Assembly: GCF_963921235.1 (NCBI RefSeq)
Contig: NW_026948140.1
Span: 558,001 to 622,000 of the forward strand
Origin: Mobula hypostoma
Lineage: Eukaryota
Length of the DNA stretch: 64,000 nt
Reading direction: 5' to 3'
Of this stretch, positions 37,301-51,039 are shown piece by piece. The translations under genes were made by a program, and so were the position numbers. Position 1 is the first letter of the stretch; each line of letters begins with the position of its first letter. The notes below the pieces were generated by a model. The model saw only the letters and a list, made by a program, of their open reading frames with translations. It searched no databases and had not been told where the DNA came from.

Positions 37301-38335
37301 TTCGACCACTTTCTACCCACAGAGCAGTAAACCAACAGGTTGAACACTAAAATCACAATTAAACAATGTAATCCTAAATGGAGAAATAGGATGAAATCTA
37401 ATCTTAACTCTAACTAAATATTAAAGGAATAGAAATGAAAAATTAGGGGCTCAAGGAATGGAGAAGGTCACTAAACAGAGAGCACCTGAGTTTTTACAGC
37501 ACTTTCCCTTGAGGAAGCCACAGGAGAGGCGAAACTGGAGACTCTCCCAGTCACTGCACAACCCACAGATCACATCAACCAGTCTCTGAAAAAAACCCCA
37601 ACCCCAAAACACTATCCATAAGCAATAACACAACCATTTTAACTTAAACACCAGAACGGAGGTTAACGAGGAGGAAGATCCTGGAAAAGGGAAGTCGCGG
37701 ACTGAGATGATGACAACGTGGGCCAAAAACAATGTGGCAAGGTGAGGTGATACTGCATCTCCAGTACGAGATCCACAAACACAAGAGGGATACTTTGCCC
37801 ACTGGAGAAGTGAGATTAGTGGACAATTTACCTTTAACAGTTTAAACAAACAAGGCAGGCCGGTATCCCAGCAAAAGTCAGGGGCTGCAGCGGAACTGGT
37901 CAAACGGGTTTGGTCAAGCAATGCCGAGAATGGATGGGGTGGGTACAGTGGAACATTCCACGGGGGGGGGTGACACAGAAACCTACCTTTAAACAGAGAG
38001 CACCTGAGTTTTTACCGCACATTCCCTTGAGGAAGCCACAGGAGAGGCGAAACTGGGGGACTCTTCCAGTTACTGCACAACCCACAGATCACAGCACCCA
38101 GTCCCTAAAAAAAACCCCAACCCCAAAAACACTATCCATAAGCAATAACACAACCATTTTGCCAGTTGCCATCCCACCCTACCTCCCTTTGCCGTGAATC
38201 CTCCACCCCCAACTCTTAACTGTACCCCCGGGCCTTTCCCCCCACAACACTCCTCAGTGAGCTATTGCCCCACCCCAAGATCACAGTACACAGTCCCTAA
38301 AAAAAAAATCAACCCCAAAACACATAGGCAATAAC
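34306..38335 (+). repeat. PLE-B derived mosaic array (interrupted by L1 at 36355-37219)
   Basis: Permuted UTR blocks with HHR remnants at ~35113, 35809, 37503 and 38021. Confidence 0.88.
36355..37219 (-). mobile_element. 5'-truncated L1 insertion with 12-bp TSD
   Basis: Open ORF2 C-terminus (CDRC..SLTHMFWSCP). AATAAA and an A/GAA tail. CAAAGTAAATCC at both 36343-36354 and 37220-37231. Confidence 0.92.
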
Positions 38336-39575
38336 TCAAACACGAGGAATTCTGCAGATGCTGGAAATTCAAGCTACACACATCAAAATTGCTGGTGAAT
38401 GCAGCAGGCCAGGCGGCATCTCTAGGAAGAGGTACAGTCGACGTTTCGAGCCGAGCCCCTTCATCAGGACAAACTGAAGGAAGAGCTAGTAAGAGATTTG
38501 AAGCAACACTCACAACACGCTGGAGGAACTCAGCAGGTCAGCATCCGTGGAAAAGATCAGTCGATGTTTCAGGCCGGGACACTTCGTCAGGACTGGGTTT
38601 GAAAGTGGGAGGGGGAGAGGGAAATCCAAAATGATAGGACAAGACAGGAGGGGGAGGGATGAAGCCAAGAGCTGGACAGGTGATTGGCAAAAGTGATATG
38701 AGAGGATCATGGGACAGGAGGCCCAGGGAGAAGGAGAAGGGGGAGGGGCGAAAAACCCCGAGGATGGGCAAGGGGTATAATCAGAGGGACAGAGGGAGAA
38801 AAGAGAGAGAGAGAGAAAGAATGTGTGTATATAAACAAATAATGGATGAGGTACGAGGGGGAGGTGGGGCTTTAGCGGAAGTTAGAGAAGTCAATGTTCA
38901 TGCCATCAGGTTGGAGGCTACCCAGACGGAATATAAGGTGTTGTTCCTCCAACCTGACTGTGGCTTCATCTTTACAGTAGAGGATGCCGTGAACAGACAT
39001 ATCAGAATGGGAATAGGACGGGGAATTAAAATGTGTGGCCACTGGGAGATCCTGCTTTCTCTGGCGGACAGAGCGTAGCTGTTCAGCAAAATGATCTCCC
39101 AGTCTGCGTCAGGTCTCACCAATATATAGAAGGCCACATCAGGAGCACCGGATGCAGTATATCACCCCAGCCGGCTCAAAGGTGAAGTGTCACCTCAGCT
39201 GGAAGGACTGTCTGGGGCCCTGAATCACCTGTCCAGCTCTTGGCTCCATCCCTCCCCCTCCCATCTTCTCCTATCATTTTGGATCTCCCCCTCCCCCACA
39301 CACTTTCAAACCCAGTCCTGACGAAGCGTTCTGGCCCGAAACGTCAACCGATCTTTTCCACGGATGCTGCCCGACCTGCTGAGTTCCTCCAGCGTGTTGT
39401 GAGTGTTGCTTCAAATCTCTTACTAGCTCTTCCTTCAGTTTGTCCTGATGAAGGGGCTTGGCTCGAAACGTTGACTGTACCTCTTCCTAGAGATGCCGCC
39501 TGGCCTGCTGCGTTCACCAGCAATTTTGATGTGTGTAGCTTGAATTTCCAGCATCTGCAGAATTCCTCGTGTTTG
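38336..39575. mobile_element. Short PLE-A copy with inverted tail
   Basis: Minus-strand GIY-YIG and tail at 38336-39225. 39226-39575 is the inverted copy of 38336-38683. Confidence 0.88.
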
Positions 39576-41403
39576 AGTTATTGCCTATGTGTTTTGGGGT
39601 TGTTTTTTTTTAGGGACTGTGTGCTGTGATCTTGGGGTGCGGCAATAGCTCACTGAGGAGTGTTGTGGGGGGAAGGACTGGGGGTAGAGTTAAGTGTTGG
39701 GGGTGGAGGATTCACGGCAAAGGGAGGTAGGGCGGGGTGGCAACTGGCAAAATGGTTGTGTTATTGCTTATGGATAGTGTTTTTGGGGTTGGGGTTTTTT
39801 TTAGGGACTGGGTGCTGTGATCTGTGGGTTGTGCAGTAACTGGGAGAGTCTCCAGTTTCGCCTCTCCTGTGGCTTCCTCAAGGGAATGTGCGGTAAAAAC
39901 TCAGGTGCTCTCTGTTTAAAGGTAGGTTTCTGTGTCACCCCCCCCCCCGTGGAATGTTCCACCGTACCCACCCCACCCATTCTCGGCACTGCTTGACCAA
40001 ACCCGTTTGACCAGTTCTGCTGCAGCCCCTGACTTTTGCTGGGATACCGGCCTGCCTTGTTTGTTTAAACTGTTAAAGGTAAATTGTCCGCTAATCTCAC
40101 TTCTCCAGTGGGCAAAGTATCCTTCTTGTGTTTGTGGATCTCGTACTGGAGATGCAGTATCACTTCACCCTGCCACTTTGTTTTTGGCCCACATTGTCAT
40201 CATCTCAGTCCGCGACTTCCCTTTTCCAGGATCTTCCTCCTCGTTAACCTCCGTTCTGGAGTTTCTGTTAAAATGGTGGAGTTATTGTTTATGGATAGTG
40301 TTTTGGAGTTGGAGGTCCCTTTTTGGGACTGGGTACAGTGAACTGGGGGTTGTGCAGTAGCCCATTGAGGTGTATTATTGCGGGGGAGTGCCCGGGGGTA
40401 GAGTTAAGTAATGGGGGTGGAGGATTCATGTCGAAGGGAGGGGTGTGGGGTGGCAACCCGCAAAATGGTTATGTTATTGCTTATGGATAGTGTTTTGGGG
40501 TTGGGGTTTTTTTAGGGATGGGTGCTGTGATCTGGGGGTTTTAAAGGTGAATGTGAGAGTCTCCAATTTCACCTCTCCTGTGGCTTCCTCAAGGGAATGT
40601 GCTGTAAAAACTCAGGTGCTCTCTAGTCCTGACAAAGGGTCCCAGCCCGAAACGTCAACTGTACCTCTTCTTATAGATGCTGCCTGGCCTGCTGCATTCA
40701 CCAGCAATTTATATTTGTGTTGCTCTGTTTAAACATGGGTTTCTGTGTCTCCCCTCTCTGGAATGATCCACCCTATCCCCACCCCACCCATTCTCGGCAT
40801 TGCTTTACCAAACCTGTTTGTCCAGTTCCGCTGCAGCCCCTGACTGTTACTGGGATACAGGCCTGCCTTGTGTGTTTAAAATGTTAAAGGTAAATGGTCC
40901 GCTAATCTCACTTTCCTATTTATTTCCTGATCTTCTCCATTCCTTGAGCCCCTAATTTTTCATTTCTATTCCTTTAATATCTAGCTAGAGTTAAGATTAG
41001 ATTTCATCCTATTTCTCCGTTTACGATTACATTTTTAATTGTGACTTTAGTGTTCAACCTGTTGGTTCATTGCTCTGTGGGTATAAAGTGGTAGCAGCTT
41101 GTGGTTAATTGATGTTCGGGTTGGGGCCTAACCACAGTAAACTGTGCTCGTTTTCCTAGCTTCTTGGATTTACTTTGGCTTTTGAGGACCATGATGATGA
41201 GGGATGTGTCACTTCTGGTTAGGATACGAGTATGCAGTCAGTGGGGAAAATATCCCTCTAGTGTTTGTGGATCTCGTACTGGAGATGCAGTATCACTTCA
41301 CCCTGCCAACTTGCTTTTGGCCCACATTCTCATCATCTCAGTTACCGACTTGTCTTTATTTGGCCTTCCTCCTCGTTAACTGCCATTCTGGAGTTTAAGT
41401 TAA
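39576..41403 (-). repeat. PLE-B derived array, inverted orientation
   Basis: Reverse complement of the blocks at 37635-38335 and 44526-46550. Confidence 0.88.
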
Positions 41404-41724
41404 AACATAGAAAATAGGTGCAGGAGTAGGCCATTCGGCCCTTCGAGCCGGCACCGCCATTCAGTATGATCATGGCTGATCATCCAACTCTGAACCCTGT
41501 ACCAGCCTTCCCTCCATACCCCCTGATCCCTTTAGCCACAAGGGTCATATCTAACTCCCTCTAAAATATAGCCAATGAACTGGCCTCAACTGTTTCCTGT
41601 GGCAGAGAATTCCACAGATTCACCACTCTCTGTGTGAAGAAGTTTTTCCTAATCTCGGTCCTAAAAGGCTTCCCCTATATCCTCAAACTGTGACCCCTCA
41701 TTCTGGATGGTGGAGTTATTGCCT

Positions 41725-44185
41725 ACACACGTCAAGGTTGCTGGTGAATGCAGCAGGCCAGGCAGCATCTCTAGGAAGAGGTTCAGTTGACGTTTCGGGC
41801 CGAGACCCTTCGTCAGGACTAACTGAAGGAAGAGTGAGTAAGGGATTTGAAAGTGGGAGGGGGAGGGGGAGATCCAAAATGATAGGAGAAGACAGGAGGG
41901 GGAGGGATGGAGCCAAGAGCTGGACAGGTGATTGGCAAAAGGGATATGAGAGGATCACGGGACAGGAGGCCCAGGGAGAAGGAAAAGGGGGAGGGGGGAA
42001 ACCCCAAGAATGGGCAAGGGGTATAGTCAGAGGGACAGAGGGAGAAAAGAGAGAGAGTGAGAAAGAATGTGTGTATATAAATAAATAACGGATGGGTTAC
42101 GAGTGGGAGGTGGGGCATTCGCGGAAGTTAGAGAAGTCAATGTTCATGCCATCAGGTTGGAGGCAACCCAGACGGAATATAAGGTGTTGTTCCTCCAACC
42201 TGAGTGTGGCTTCATCTTTACAGTAGAGGAGGCCGTGGATAGACATATCAGAATGGAAATGGAATGTGGAATTAAAATGCGTGACCATTGGGAGATCCTG
42301 CTTTCTCTGGTGGACAGAGCGTAGCTGTTCAGAAAAATGATCTCCCAGTCTGCATCAGGTCTCGCCAATATATAGAAGGCCACATCGGGAGCACCGGACG
42401 CAGTATATCACCCCAGACGACTCACAGGTGAAGTGTCGCCTCAGCTGGAAGGACTGTCTGGGGCCCTGAATGGTGGAAAGGGAGGAAGTGTAAGGGCATG
42501 TGTAGCACTTGTTCCGCTTACAAGGATAAGTGCCAGGAGGGAGAACAGTGGAGAGGGATGGGGGGAACGAATGGACAAGGGAGTCGCGTAGGGAGCGATC
42601 CCTGTGGAAAGCGGGGATGGGGGACGGAAAGATGTGCTTAGTGGTGCGATCCCATTGGAGGTGGCGGAAGTTACGGAGAATAATATGTTGGACCCGGAGG
42701 CTGGTGGGGTGGTAGGTGAGGACCAGGGGAACCCTATTCCTAGTGGGGTGGCGGGAGGATGGAGTGAGAGCAGATGTGCGTGAAATGAGGGAGATGCGTT
42801 TGAGAGCAGAGTTGATGGTGGAGGAAGGGTAGCCCCTTTCTTTAAAAAAGGAGGACATCTCCCTCATCCTGGAATGAAAAGATTCATCCTGAGAGCAGAT
42901 GCGGCAGAGACGGAGGAATTGCGAGAAGGGGATGGCATTTTTGCAAGAGACAGGGTGAGAAGAGGAATAGCGTAGATAGCTGTGAGAGTCAGTAGGCTTA
43001 TAGTAGACATCAGTAGATAAGCTGTCTCCAGAGATAGAGACAGAAAGATCTAGAAAGGGGAGGGCGGTGTCAGAAATAGACCAGGTAAACTAGAGGGCAG
43101 GGTGAAAGTTAGAGGTAAATTTAATGAAGTCAACGAGCTCAGCATGCGTGCAGGAAGCAGCGCCAATGCAGTCGTCGATGCAGCGAAGGAAAACTGGGGG
43201 ACAGGTACCAGAATAGGTTTGGAACATAGATTGTTTCACAAAGCCAACAAAAAGGCTAGCATAGCTCGGACCCATACGGATGTCCATAGCTACACCTTTA
43301 GTTTGGAGGAAGTGGGAGGAGCCAAAGGAGAAATCATTAAGAGTAAGGACTAATTCCGCTAGACGGAGCAGAGTGGTGGTAGAGGGGAACTGATTAGGTC
43401 TGGAATCCAAAAAGAAGCGGAGAACTTTGAGACCTTCTTGATGGGGGATGGAAGTATATTGGGACTGGACATCCATGGTGAAAATAAAGCAGTGGGGGCC
43501 AGGGAACTTAAAATCATCGAAAAGTTTAAGAGCGTGTGAAGTGTCAGAAGCAACCTGATGCAGACTGGGAGATCGTTTTGCTGAACACTCACACTCTGTC
43601 CGCCAGAGAAAGCAGGATTTCCCATTGTCTATACATTTTAATTCCACATCCCATTCCCATTCTGATATGTCTATCCACAGCCTCCTCTACTGTAAAGATG
43701 AAGCCACACTCAGGTTGGAGGAACAACACCCTATCTTCCGTTTGGGTTGCCTCCAACCTGATGGCATGAACATTGACTTCTCTAATTTCTGCTAATGCCC
43801 CACCTCCCACTCGTACCCCATCCGTTATTTATTTATATACACACATTCTTTCTCTCAATCGATCTTTTCTCCCTCTGTCCCTCTGACTATACCCCTTGCC
43901 ATCCTCGGGGCTTTTTCCCCCCTCCCTCTTTTCCTTCTCCCTGGGTCTCCTGTCCCATGATCCTCTCTTATCCCTTTTGCCAATCACCCGTCCAGATCTT
44001 GGCTCCATCCCTCCCCCTCCTGTCTTCTCCTATCATTTTGGATCTCCCCCTCCCACTTTAAAATCTCTTACTAGTGCTTCCTTCAGTTAGTCCTGATGAA
44101 GGGTCTGGGCCCAAAACGTCGACTGTACCTCTTCCTAGAGATGCTGCCTGGCCTGCTGTGTTCACCAGCAACCTTGACGTGTGTA
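41725..44185 (-). mobile_element. PLE-A copy with inverted 3' segment, duplicate of 31430-33985
   Basis: ORFs 43090-43647 (RT) and 42355-42867 (CKRNKCYTC linker, VIYCVRCSRCGLLYIGET). Same inversion junction as ~33340. Confidence 0.92.
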
Positions 44186-44525
44186 GGCAATAACTCCACC
44201 ATCCAGAACGAGGGGTCACAGTACCAGAACGAGGGCTCATAGTTTGAGGATAAAGGGGAAGCCTTTTAGGACCGAGATTAGGAAAAACTTCTTCACACAG
44301 AGAGTGGTGAATCTGTGGAATTCTCTGCCACAGGAAACAGTTGAGGCCAGTTCATTGGCTATATTTTAGAGGGAGTTAGATATGACCCTTGTGGCTAAAG
44401 GGATCAGGGGGTATGGAGGGAAGGCTGGTACTGGGTTCAGAATTGGATGATCAGCCATGATCATACTGAATGGCGGTGCCACCTCGAAGGGCCGAATAGC
44501 CTACTGCTGCACCTATTTTCTATGT

Positions 44526-47500
44526 TTTAACTTAAACTCCAGAATGGCAGTTAACGAGGAGGAAGGCCAAATAAAGACAAGTCGGTAACTGAGATGATGA
44601 GAATGTGGGCCAAAAGCAAATTGGCAGGGTGAAGTGATACTGCATCTCCAGTACGAGATCCACAAAGACTAGATGGATATTTTGCCCACTGGAGAAGTGA
44701 GATTAGCAGGCAATTTACCTTTAACAGTTTAAACAAACAAGGCAGCCCGATTTCCCAGCAAAAGTCTCCAGTACGAGATCCACAAACACTGGAGGGATAT
44801 TTTCCCCACTGACTGCATACTCGTATCCTAGCCAGAAGTGACACGTCTCTCATCATCCTGGTCCTCAAAAGCCAAAGTAAATCCAAGAAGCTAGGAAAAC
44901 GAGCACAGTTTACTGTGGTTAGGCCCCAACCCGAACATCAATTAACCACAAGCTGCTACCACTTTATACCCACAGAGCAGTGAACCAACAGGTTGAACAC
45001 TAAAGTCACAATTAAAAATGTAATCGTAAATGGAGAAATAGGATGAAATCTAATTTTAACTCTAGCTAGATATTAAAGGAATAGAAATGAAAAATTAGGG
45101 GCTCAAGGAATGGAGAAGATCAGGAAATAAATAGGAAAGTGAGATTAGCGGACCATTTACCTTTAACATTTTAAACACACAAGGCAGGCCTGTATCCCAG
45201 CAACAGTCAGGGACTGCAGCGGAACTGGACAAACAGGTTTGGTAAAGCAATGCCGAGAATGGGTGAGGAGGGTAGGGTGGAACATTCCAGAGGGGGGAGA
45301 CAGACAAACCCATGTTTAACAGAGAGCATCTGAGTTTTTCCAGCACATTCCCTTGAGGAAGCCACAGGAGTCGCGAAACTGGAGACTCTCCCAGTCACTG
45401 CACAACCCCCAGATCACAGCACCCAGTCCCTAAAAATACCGCCAACTCCAGAACACTATCCATAAGCAATAACTCCACCATTTTAACTTAAACTCCAGAA
45501 TGGAGGTCAACAAGGAGGAAGATGCCTTTAAAGGCAAGTCGGGGACTGAGATGTGGGCCAAAAATAAAGTAGCAGGGTGAAGTGATACTGCATCTCCAGT
45601 ACGAGATCCACAAAGACTAGATGGACATTTTGCCCACTGGAGAAGTGAGATTAGCAGGCAATTTACCTTTAACAGTTTAAACAAACAAGGCAGCCCGATT
45701 TTCAGCAAAAGTCAGGGGCTGCTGCGGAACTGGACAAACAGGTTTGGTAAAGCAATGTCGAGAATGGGTGGGGTGGGGGATATGGTGGAACATTCCAGAG
45801 AGGGGAGACACAGAAACCCACGTTTAAACAGAGCAACACAAATATAAATTGTTGGTGAATGCAGAAGGCCAGGCAGCATCTATAAGATGAGGTACAGTTG
45901 ACGTTTCAGGCTGAGACCCTTCGTCAGGACTAGAGAGCACCTGAGTTTAAACAGAGAGCACCTGAGTTTTTATAGCACATTCCCTTGAGGAAGCCACAGG
46001 AGAGGCAAAATTGGAGACTCTCGCAGTCTCTTTTAAAACCCCCAGATCACAGCACTCAGTCCCTAAAAAAATCCCAACCCCAAAACACTATCCATAAGCA
46101 ATAAATCCACCATTTTGCAGGTTGCCACCCCACACCCCTCCCTTCGCCGTGAATCCTCCACCCCCATTACTTAACTCTACCCCTGGGCACTCCCCCCCAT
46201 AACACACCTCAATGGGCTACTGCACAACCCCCAGATCACTGTACCCAGTCCTAAAAAAGGACCTCCAACTCCAAAACACTATCCATAAACAATAACTCCA
46301 CCATTTTAACTTAAACTCCAGAATGGAGGTTAATGAGGAGGAAGATCCTGGTAAAGGGAAGTCGGGAACTGAGATGATGACAACGTGGGCCAAAAACAAA
46401 GTGGTAGGGTGCAGTGATACTGCATCTTCAGTACGAGATCCACAAGAGGAATATTTTGCCCACTGGAGAAGTGAGATTAGCAGACAATTTACCTTTAACG
46501 GTTTAAACACACAAGGCAGGCCGGTATCCCAGCAACAGTCAGGGACTGCAGCGGAACTCGACAAACAGGTTTGGTAAAGCAATGCTGAGAATGTGTGTGT
46601 GTGCGGGGCGGGACAGGGTGGAACATTCCAGAGGGGGGAGACAGACAAACTCACGTTTAAACAGAGAGCACCTGAGTTTTTACCGCACATTCCCTTGAGG
46701 AAGCCACTGGAGAGGCAGAACTGGAGACTCTCCCAGTCACTCAACAACACCCAGTCCCTAAAAAAACCCCAACCCCAAAAACACTATCCATAAGCAATAA
46801 CTCCATCATTTTGTCAGTTGCCACCCCACCTCCCTTTGCCATGAATCCTCCACCCCCATTACTTAACTCTATCCCCAAACCTTCCCCCCAATAACACCCC
46901 TCAATAAGCTACTGTACAAACCCCAGATCAGAGCACCCAGTCCCTGAAAAAAATCCCAACCCCAAAATATTATCCATAAGCAATAACTCCACCATTTTAA
47001 CTTAAACTCCAGAACGAGGGTGAACGAGGAGGAAGCTCCTAATAAAGGCAAGCTGGGGACCGAGATGATGACAACGTGGGCCAAAAACAAAGTGGCAGGG
47101 TGAAGTGGTACTGCATCTCCAGTACGAGATCCACAAACACTGGAGGGATATTTTGCACACTGACCACATACTCGCATCCTAACCAGAAGTGACACATCTC
47201 TCATCATCCTGGTCCTCAAAAGCCAAAGTAAATCCAAGAAGCTAAGAAAACTAGCACAGACTACTGCGATTAGGCCCCAACCTGAACATAAATTAACCAC
47301 ATGCATCTACCACTTTATAGCCACAGAGCAGTGAACCAACAAGTTAAACACTAAAGTCACAATTAAACAATGTAATCCTGAAAGGAGAAATAGGATGAAG
47401 TCTAATCTTAACTCTAACTAGATATTAAAGGAATACAAATGAAAAAAATCGTGGCTGAAGGAATGGAGAAGGTTACTAAACAGGGAGTACCTGAGATTTT

Positions 47501-48108
47501 ACAGCACATTCCCTTGAGGAAGCCACTGGAGATGCGAAAATGGAGACTCTCCCAGTCACTGCACAACCCCCAGATCACAGCAGTCAGTCCCTAAAAAAAC
47601 TCCCAACTATCCATAAGCAATAACTCCACCATTTTAACTTAAACACCAGAATGGAGGTTAACGAGGAGGAAGATCCTAATAAAGGCAAGTCGGGGACTGA
47701 GATGATGACAATGTGGGCCAAAAACAAAGTGGCAGGATGAAGTGATACTGCATCTCCAGTACGAGATCCACAAACACTAGATGGATATTTTGCCCACTAG
47801 TGAAGTGAGATTAGCGGACAATTTACCTCTAACAATTTAAACAACCAAGGCAGGCCTGTATCCCAGCAACAGTCAGGGGCTGCAGCGGAACTCGACAAAC
47901 AGGTTTGGTAAAGCAATGATGAGAATGTGTTGTGGGGGTAGGGTGGAACATTCCAGAGGGGGGAGACACACAAACCCATGTTTAAACAGAGAACCCCTGA
48001 GTTTTTACAGCATATTCCCTTGAAGAAGCCACAGGAGAGGCGAAACTGGAGATGCTCCCAGTCACTGCACAACCCCCAGATCACAGCACTCAGTCCCTAA
48101 AAAAACTT
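44526..48108 (+). repeat. PLE-B derived mosaic array with HHRs
   Basis: HHR remnants at ~45347, 45978, 46688, 47508 and 48014. Partly duplicates 34306-36354. Confidence 0.88.
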
Positions 48109-48134
48109 CATCCTTAACAATTGACTCTAACATT

Positions 48135-49604
48135 TTAGAAAACATGGAAAACATACAGCACAATATAGGCCCATCAGCCCACAAAACTGTGCCGAACATG
48201 TCCCTACCTTAGAACGACAAAGGCTTTACTCATAGTCTTCTATTTTTCTAAGCTCCATGTAGCCATCCAGGAGTCTCTTAAAAGACCCTATCATTTCCAC
48301 CTCCACTGCCGCCACTGGCAGCCCATTCCACGTACTCACCTCTCTCTGTGTAAAAAACTTACCCCTGATATCTCCTCTGTACCTGCTTCCGAGCACCTCT
48401 CTTGCTAGCCATTTGAGTCCTGGGGAAAAGCCTCTGACTATCCACATGATCAATGTCTCTTATTATCTTATACATCTCTATCAAGTCACCTCTCATCCTC
48501 CATCGCTCCAAGGAGAAAAGTTTCACTCAACCTATTCTCATTAGACATGCTCCCCAATCCAGGCAACATCCTTGCAAATATCCTCTGCACCCTGTCTATG
48601 GTTTCCACGTCCTTCCTACAGTGAGGTGACCAGAAATGAGCACAGTACTCCAAGTGTGGTCTGACCAGGGTCCTATATAGCTGCAACATTACCTCTCAGC
48701 TCTTAAAACTCAATCTTATGGTTGATGAAAGCCAATGCACCGTATGCCTTCTTAACCACAGAGTCAACCTGCGCAGCTGCTTTGAGTCTCTTATGGACTT
48801 GGACCCCAAGATCCCTCTGATCCTCCACACTGCCAAGAGTCTTACCATTAATACTATATTCTGCCATCATATTTGACCTACCAAAATGAACCACCTCACA
48901 CTTATCTGGGTCGAACTCCATCTGCCACTTCTCAACCCAGTTTTGCATCCTATCAATGTCCCACTGTAACCTCTGACAGCCCTCCACACTATCCACAGCA
49001 CCCCCAAGCTTAGTGGCATCAGCAAATTCACTAACCCATCCCTCCACTTCCACATCCAGGTAATTTATAAAAATCACAAAGAGTAGGGGTCCTAGAACAG
49101 ATCCCTGAGGCACACCACTGGTCACTGACCTCCATGCAGAATATGATCTGTCTACAACCCCTCTTTGCCTTCTGTGGGCAAGCCAGTTCTGGATCCACAA
49201 AGCAATATCCCCTTGTATCCCATGCCTCCTTACTTTCTCATTAAGCCTTGCATAGGGTACCTTATCAAATGCCTTGCTAAAATCCATATACAGTACATTT
49301 ACAGCTCTACCTTCATCAAAGTGCTTAGTCACATCCTCAAAAAATTCAATCAGGCTCGTAAAGTATGACCTGCCTTTGACAAAGCTATGCTGACTATTCC
49401 TAATCAAATTTTGCCTCTCCAAATATCCATAAATCCTGCCTCTCACGATCTTCTCCATCAACTTACCAACCACTGAGGTAGGACTCACTGGCCTATAATT
49501 TACTGGGATATCTCTACTCCCTTTCTTGAATAAGGGAACAACATCCACAACCCTCCAATCCTCCGGAATCTCTCCTGTCCTCACTGATGATGCAAAGATC
49601 ATTT
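48135..49604 (-). mobile_element. CR1 RT to tail
   Basis: ORF 48703-49608 RT motifs, LVRPHLEYC, and tail near 48135-48200. Confidence 0.92.
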
Positions 49605-49967
49605 TCATTTTTAAATCTTTTTATTAGTTATTATTGAAAATTGACAACAAAAATACATTAAAATAATCAAGTCAATATATCAATATGTATAATAAGAGTC
49701 AAACTATTAACCAAGCTAAACAGTATATCAGTAATAAATAAAAAAAACAAAATGTTAAAGCTATTTTTTTGAAAAAAGAATGAAAAAAGAATCCCTACTA
49801 ATTAAAACAACAACCCCCAACCAGCTAACAAACAAAAAAAAACAAGAAAAAAAAACCTATTTGGAGAATAAACCCAGAGCTATACGCTATACAAGCCTCT
49901 ATAAAAAAAAGACATCAATCTGCCAACCAAATCCATTTACCCAAGAATCAGAAAGGAACCATCTTAA
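49605..49967 (-). mobile_element. Probable L1 3' UTR
   Basis: T-rich on the minus strand, ending aataaaaagatttaaaaa as at 36365. Confidence 0.6.
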
Positions 49968-50990
49968 TAGAGGGAGTGCATTCAGATTGGAGGATTGTGA
50001 CTAGTGGTGTCCCACAAGGATCTGTTCTGGGACCTCTACTTTTTGTGATTTTTGTTAACGACCTGGATGTGGGGGTAGAAAGGTGGGTTGGCAAGTTTGC
50101 AGATGACACAAAGGTTGGTGGTGTTGTAGATAGTGTAGAGGATTGTCAAAGATTGCAGAGAAACATTGATAGGATGCAGAAGTGGGCTGCGAATTGGCAG
50201 ATGGAGTTCAATCTGGAGAAGTGTGAGGTGGTACACTTTGGAAGAACAAACTCCAAGGCAGGCTACAAAGTAAATGGCAGGATACTTGGTAGTGTGGAGG
50301 AGCAGAGGGATCTGGGGGTACACGTCCACAGATCCCTGAAAGTTCCCTCACAGGTAGATAGAGTAGTTAAGAAAGCTTATGAGGTGTTAGCTTTCATAAG
50401 TCGAGGGATAGAGTTTAAGAGTCGTGAGGTAATGATGCAGCTCTATAAAACTCTGGTTAGGCCCCACTGGGAGTACTGTGTCCAGTTCTGGTTGCCTCGC
50501 TATAGGAAGGATGTGGAAGTATTGGAAAGGGTACAGAGGAGATTTACCAGGATGCTGCCTGGTTTAGAGAGTATGCATTATGATCAGAGATTAAGGGAGC
50601 TAGGGCTTTACTCTTTGGAGAGAAGGAGGATGAGAGGAGACATGATAGAGGTGTACAAGATAATAAGAGGAATAGATAGAGTGGACAGCCAGCACCTCTT
50701 CCCCAGGGCACCACTGCTCAATACAAGAGGACATGGCTTTAAGGTAATGGGTGAGAAGTTCAAGGGGGATATTAGAGGAAGGTTTTTCACTCAGAGTGGT
50801 TTGTGCGTGGAATGCACTGCCTGAGTCAGTGGTGGAGGCAGACACACTTGTGAAGTTTAAGAGACTACTAGACAGGTATATGGAGGAATTTAAGGTGGGG
50901 GATTATATGGGAGGCAGGGTTTGAGGGTCAGAACAACATTGTGGGCCGAAGTGCCTGTATTGTGCTGTACTATTCTATGTTCTACGTTAA
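49968..50990 (+). mobile_element. CR1 3' part, same subfamily as 18931-19950
   Basis: ORF 49976-50824 (GVPQGSVLGP, FADD) and tail tattctatgttct. Confidence 0.93.
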
Positions 50991-51039
50991 TCAACTCAAA
51001 TCAAATGATAGTAGCAGGCAAAAAAGCCCCACCTCTTCT

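Noticed and set aside
30159..47306. Recurrent Leu/Cys/Ser-rich ORFs (e.g. MICGLCSNWESLQF..., MDLLWLLRTRMM...) as a gene family
   Set aside because: These are antisense readings of the non-coding PLE-B UTR. Frames and lengths vary between copies and no domain is recognisable.
29906..48108. Recurring ~50-bp motifs as a CRISPR array
   Set aside because: The intervening sequences are themselves repeated and hundreds of bp long, there are no cas genes, and the context is vertebrate. The motifs are PLE ribozyme/UTR blocks.
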